Source: Paecilomyces variotii (taxonomy: Eukaryota). From it: a DNA stretch of 64,000 bases. Made by a program: the position numbers and the translations under genes. Location: NCBI GenBank assembly GCA_004022145.1, contig RCNU01000006.1, one strand, 5' to 3'. Every line of letters begins with the position of its first letter. Position 1 is the first letter of the stretch. The notes under the pieces were generated by a model, which worked only from the letters and a program-made list of their open reading frames with translations, was not told where the DNA came from and did no database searches. This document shows positions 61,020 to 64,000 of the stretch, in pieces.

Positions 61020-61695
61020 CATGCTTCGCCACGGTTTTGCCTTCTTTGACAACATCCTTCCACACGACGAAAACAGGATGCCCAACGAGGGTGTGAGTTG
61101 ATGCGTAACGCATCCTACCCTGCTTGTGGAGCGCGTCGAATTTCTTGATCGGTCATGGCTCAATGATTTTGTCCCCTGGGGCGAAGTAGATAGCTTTATG
61201 ATGTTTATCATAAATTCTCTTGGCGTCGCGTGCGTCGAGCCGAACCGTCAAATCCTGAAGCTCCTATAACCTGCTATGCAGATTGCTGGCGTTGCCTAAG
61301 ATAATGCTATATATATCATAAACTCGTGCGGCGTTTTCGATGTTGTTGCTGAGGGATTTGAGTCGAAGGCGGCTTGCATAGGTGGTAAGACCTTACTTAG
61401 GTCAGTAGGTATCTAACGTTGTTGAGCGCGACTTATGTAGTAGCGCAACGCAATTTTGGCTGTCTGGTTCGTTTGCTTAGATTGACCGTCATTCTGTGGA
61501 TGATAAGCCGTGGAGTACAGCAATTTCGTTCTCTAGACCAAATTTCCGACAAGAATTTAGCATCTCGGTCTGATAAGATTACCGATGGAAGTCCCCAGTC
61601 ACCAAGCTATAGCCGTTCAAGAAGTGCTAGCGCCCAGTCTCCAGCAGTGTAAATATTATGGCCTGCAATAAAGGTGACATGTTTTATGATCGGTG
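61020..61695 (-). mobile_element. Ty3/Gypsy LTR-retrotransposon pol relic (integrase core and C-terminus plus RT N-terminus)
   Basis: Integrase pieces KHVTFIAG..YTAGDWALALL, DWGLPSVILSDRDAKFLSEIW, LYSTAYHPQNDGQSKQTNQTAKIALRYY, KVLPPMQAAF...TTSKTPHE and YDKHHKAIYFAPGDK. RT piece FDALHKQGRM...HPVFVVWK. Contains stops and frameshifts. Confidence 0.88.
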
Positions 61696-62175
61696 GCTCT
61701 AGTTACTGGGAAAAGGAAAACACAGGATCATAGTCAGAAAACCAATAGAGCAGCATAATTCCATATATGCAAAGAAGATCTATCTAAAAGACGAATCCCT
61801 TTGTCGCCACCACCAAGAATCAATTAGCTTCATCACCATAGATGTAGATTACCATAAGATTTAACTCAGTACATAGGACACCAGACGTACAGCGCCAAGA
61901 ATGCCTCGCTTCTCTATACGTACCTAGGTATGTACATACATAGTCAAAAGCACCGCATTACGAAATTATTTTCTCCCTAGCAGCCTCAGCATTTCCATTT
62001 TCGCGTTTCGGCATTTTCTCTGATTGTCTATTACATACGGAGTAAATAAAGATATGAGGATATTAAGAGAAAAACAATGCAGCACAACAAAGTCACCGAA
62101 GAAAAAAAGAGAAAAAAGGAGAAGAAATAAGAAGAAAAGAGAAGAAAAGAACAGAAAAAAAGAAAAAGGAAGCAC

Positions 62176-62199
62176 ACGCACACACACACACACACACAC
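62176..62199 (+). repeat. (CA)n microsatellite next to an A/G-rich tract
   Basis: Directly visible. Confidence 0.8.
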
Positions 62200-62250
62200 G
62201 CCAGACAGCAAGTGAGTGAGCGAAAGGGAGAAAGAGGGAAGGGGAGCTAT

Positions 62251-63267
62251 TCAATTGCCATCTCCGACGTTCAAGGTAAACGCCAAGATAATCTCCGCAA
62301 GCGCTTCCATATCGTGGGCGTTGGTGATAACCCATGGGCCATATCGATGCAATTCTAGGAATTTTGAAGTCCGCCGGTCATGCGCCAGATACCTCCAGTA
62401 CCGTCTGTCAAGGGTACCCAGTGTCAGGTATATCTCAATCCCATTCTGGGAGACAAGGAAGACTCTGAGACAACGGTTGTTATATTAGTATATAACTTCT
62501 ATTTCTTTGCTATGTTCCACGTACCTTCCAGTATCACCACTTGCAGGGCGATGCTCCTGCTTCAGCCATGCGACTATCTGAGAAGCCTCCTGGAGCTGTA
62601 CCGACGGTAGAGCATCACGTCTATTAGGAGCTTTACACTCAATCAGAGCGTGTATGTTTTCGGGCTCCCCCCAGATGGAGAGGCCTCCGTCTGTAATGGC
62701 TGTATAGTTATCTTGGCTGAAATTGGCTCTCATACAGAACCTGGTGGGAACCCAGCGGGAATACACGCCTGGGAACTTTAGGCAGATTGCCTGCAGAAAA
62801 TCTACGAGAGCAAAGTTTACCGTCTCCTCGTCAGCGGTCGGAAGCACATTAAGGGCTGTAGACCCTGGGGTTATCGCTCTTTGGCCCAAGTATATTCTGA
62901 GATCCTGTACGTGTCGTTGTTGTTCTCGCGGAAGCTCGAATATTCCCAGCTGGAGAACCTGGGGCTGGCCTTGCTGCGCAACTCCGGCATCAAGGGCGAC
63001 GTTTTGGAGGTATGCCTGAAACTCGGGGCAGCCTTGTAGATGTTGGCGGGCTGTTGTGCGATGTGCACCAAGCCCCCAGTCTGCTGCATTGAAACGGGAA
63101 GCGCGTTTAGTCTGGTACAGGATCCTCAGCGACAAGAATTGCGCAATTGTTGTTCGAGACGCTGATTGCATAGGCCGCAGGGTTTGGATCGTATTTGTCA
63201 CTCTGTAACGTCGGATTTGGTCTTCCCATTCCTCCATCGTTTCTGGAAATTGGAATATGCGTGGCAT
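62251..63267 (-). CDS. Fungal hypothetical protein with PD-(D/E)XK nuclease-like motifs, 2 exons
   Basis: Exons 63267-62525 and 62464-62251. Motifs DEETVN, TDG, IECK, QEASQIVAW, LVSQ and YGPW. Confidence 0.75.
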
Positions 63268-63503
63268 TTTGAAGAGATGAAGAGTAGCTATATGAGTTTA
63301 GGTTTTGAAGAGTCTAACAGAAGTTCCAGAAGAGTTGTGATACATATAGGTACTTTGGAGTGTTGCGGTATTGGATAGAAGAGACACCGTTTCAGCTAAA
63401 AGAGGAAGATATGGTAGTTGCAATCACAAAGAAACTTCAGTCTAGACAAAAGAAGAATCGTGAAGGTTGAAATTTCAAAGATGTAGACAAAGAAAACATC
63501 CCG

Positions 63504-64000
63504 TCACCTGTAACCAACCGTGGGTCCTGAACACAACATATCACTCCCAATCTGGTGCGGTCTTGGTCTTGGTTTTGACGGTTCTATACCAATAGGCCGA
63601 CCCAAGAACCAGCGGTAGAACAATGGAAAAGGCGCTGTTGAGTTATGCTCAAAACTATATAGACGACTACATGCTACCTTAACCCTGCACTGGTCCTCAA
63701 TGTAGGCTTCCAAGATTCGACCATTCTGAGGAGCAACGAACGATACCATTAATACCTGAGTTACTCCCGATTAGCTTTTGCCGACTAATATATTCTAAGC
63801 AATATGACTAGAGGAGAACTCCAAACTTACCGGCTGCGGTTGTTTCTTAGCAAATAGACCTTCATGCAGACGGGTTCTCATCACATGGAGAATGTAAGCC
63901 AACTCATGGCGCAGTATCAGGTCATCGTTCACGATATCTTTGGTGTTATGTTGAACAACCATGGTAACATGTGGGTATACATAGTCTACCGCCTCGAACA
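63504..64000 (-). CDS. Hypothetical protein, 3' part (start lies beyond the window)
   Basis: Exons >64000-63831 and 63755-63504. PHVTMVV..LILRHEL..MRTRL..P|VLMVSFVAPQNGRILEAY..FYRWFLGRPIG. Confidence 0.7.

Noticed and set aside
1-64000. tRNA, rRNA, CRISPR, Starship captain recombinase, PKS/NRPS cluster
   Set aside because: No cloverleaf, rRNA gene, repeat-spacer array, tyrosine recombinase or backbone synthase seen.

Overview
Filamentous-ascomycete (Eurotiales-like) genomic DNA with short GT-AG introns and CTAAC/CTGAC branch sites. About 22 protein-coding genes can be modelled. Most form a conserved housekeeping block: PP2C phosphatase, cytochrome-b5-like Irc21, ER FKBP, ssu72, Rad26-like SNF2 helicase, rrp41/ski6, Ctr copper transporter, cyclophilin, spa2, hmg1, nbp2, ent3 and IQGAP. 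From memory this order resembles the Aspergillus hmg1 region; I did not verify that. Accessory genes are interspersed: a BAHD/Tri101-like acyltransferase, cipC, a secreted DUF7492-type protein, an orphan, DUF952, an SDR, an NDH-2 and a PD-(D/E)XK-like protein. Main observations: (1) the secreted protein has a complete LPMO-like copper His-brace signature; (2) a probable box C/D snoRNA with an 18S rRNA guide sits in the ssu72 5'-UTR intron; (3) a recent 90-bp duplication adds an IQ repeat to IQGAP; (4) a RIP-like-mutated Ty3/Gypsy relic has integrase upstream of RT; (5) there are O-methyltransferase, MFS and nuclease-like pseudogene relics that the ORF track shows only in pieces or not at all; (6) the acyltransferase has Arg at its catalytic His position. 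No tRNA, rRNA or CRISPR was seen. Exon boundaries were read by eye and family assignments come from motif recognition, not database searches.
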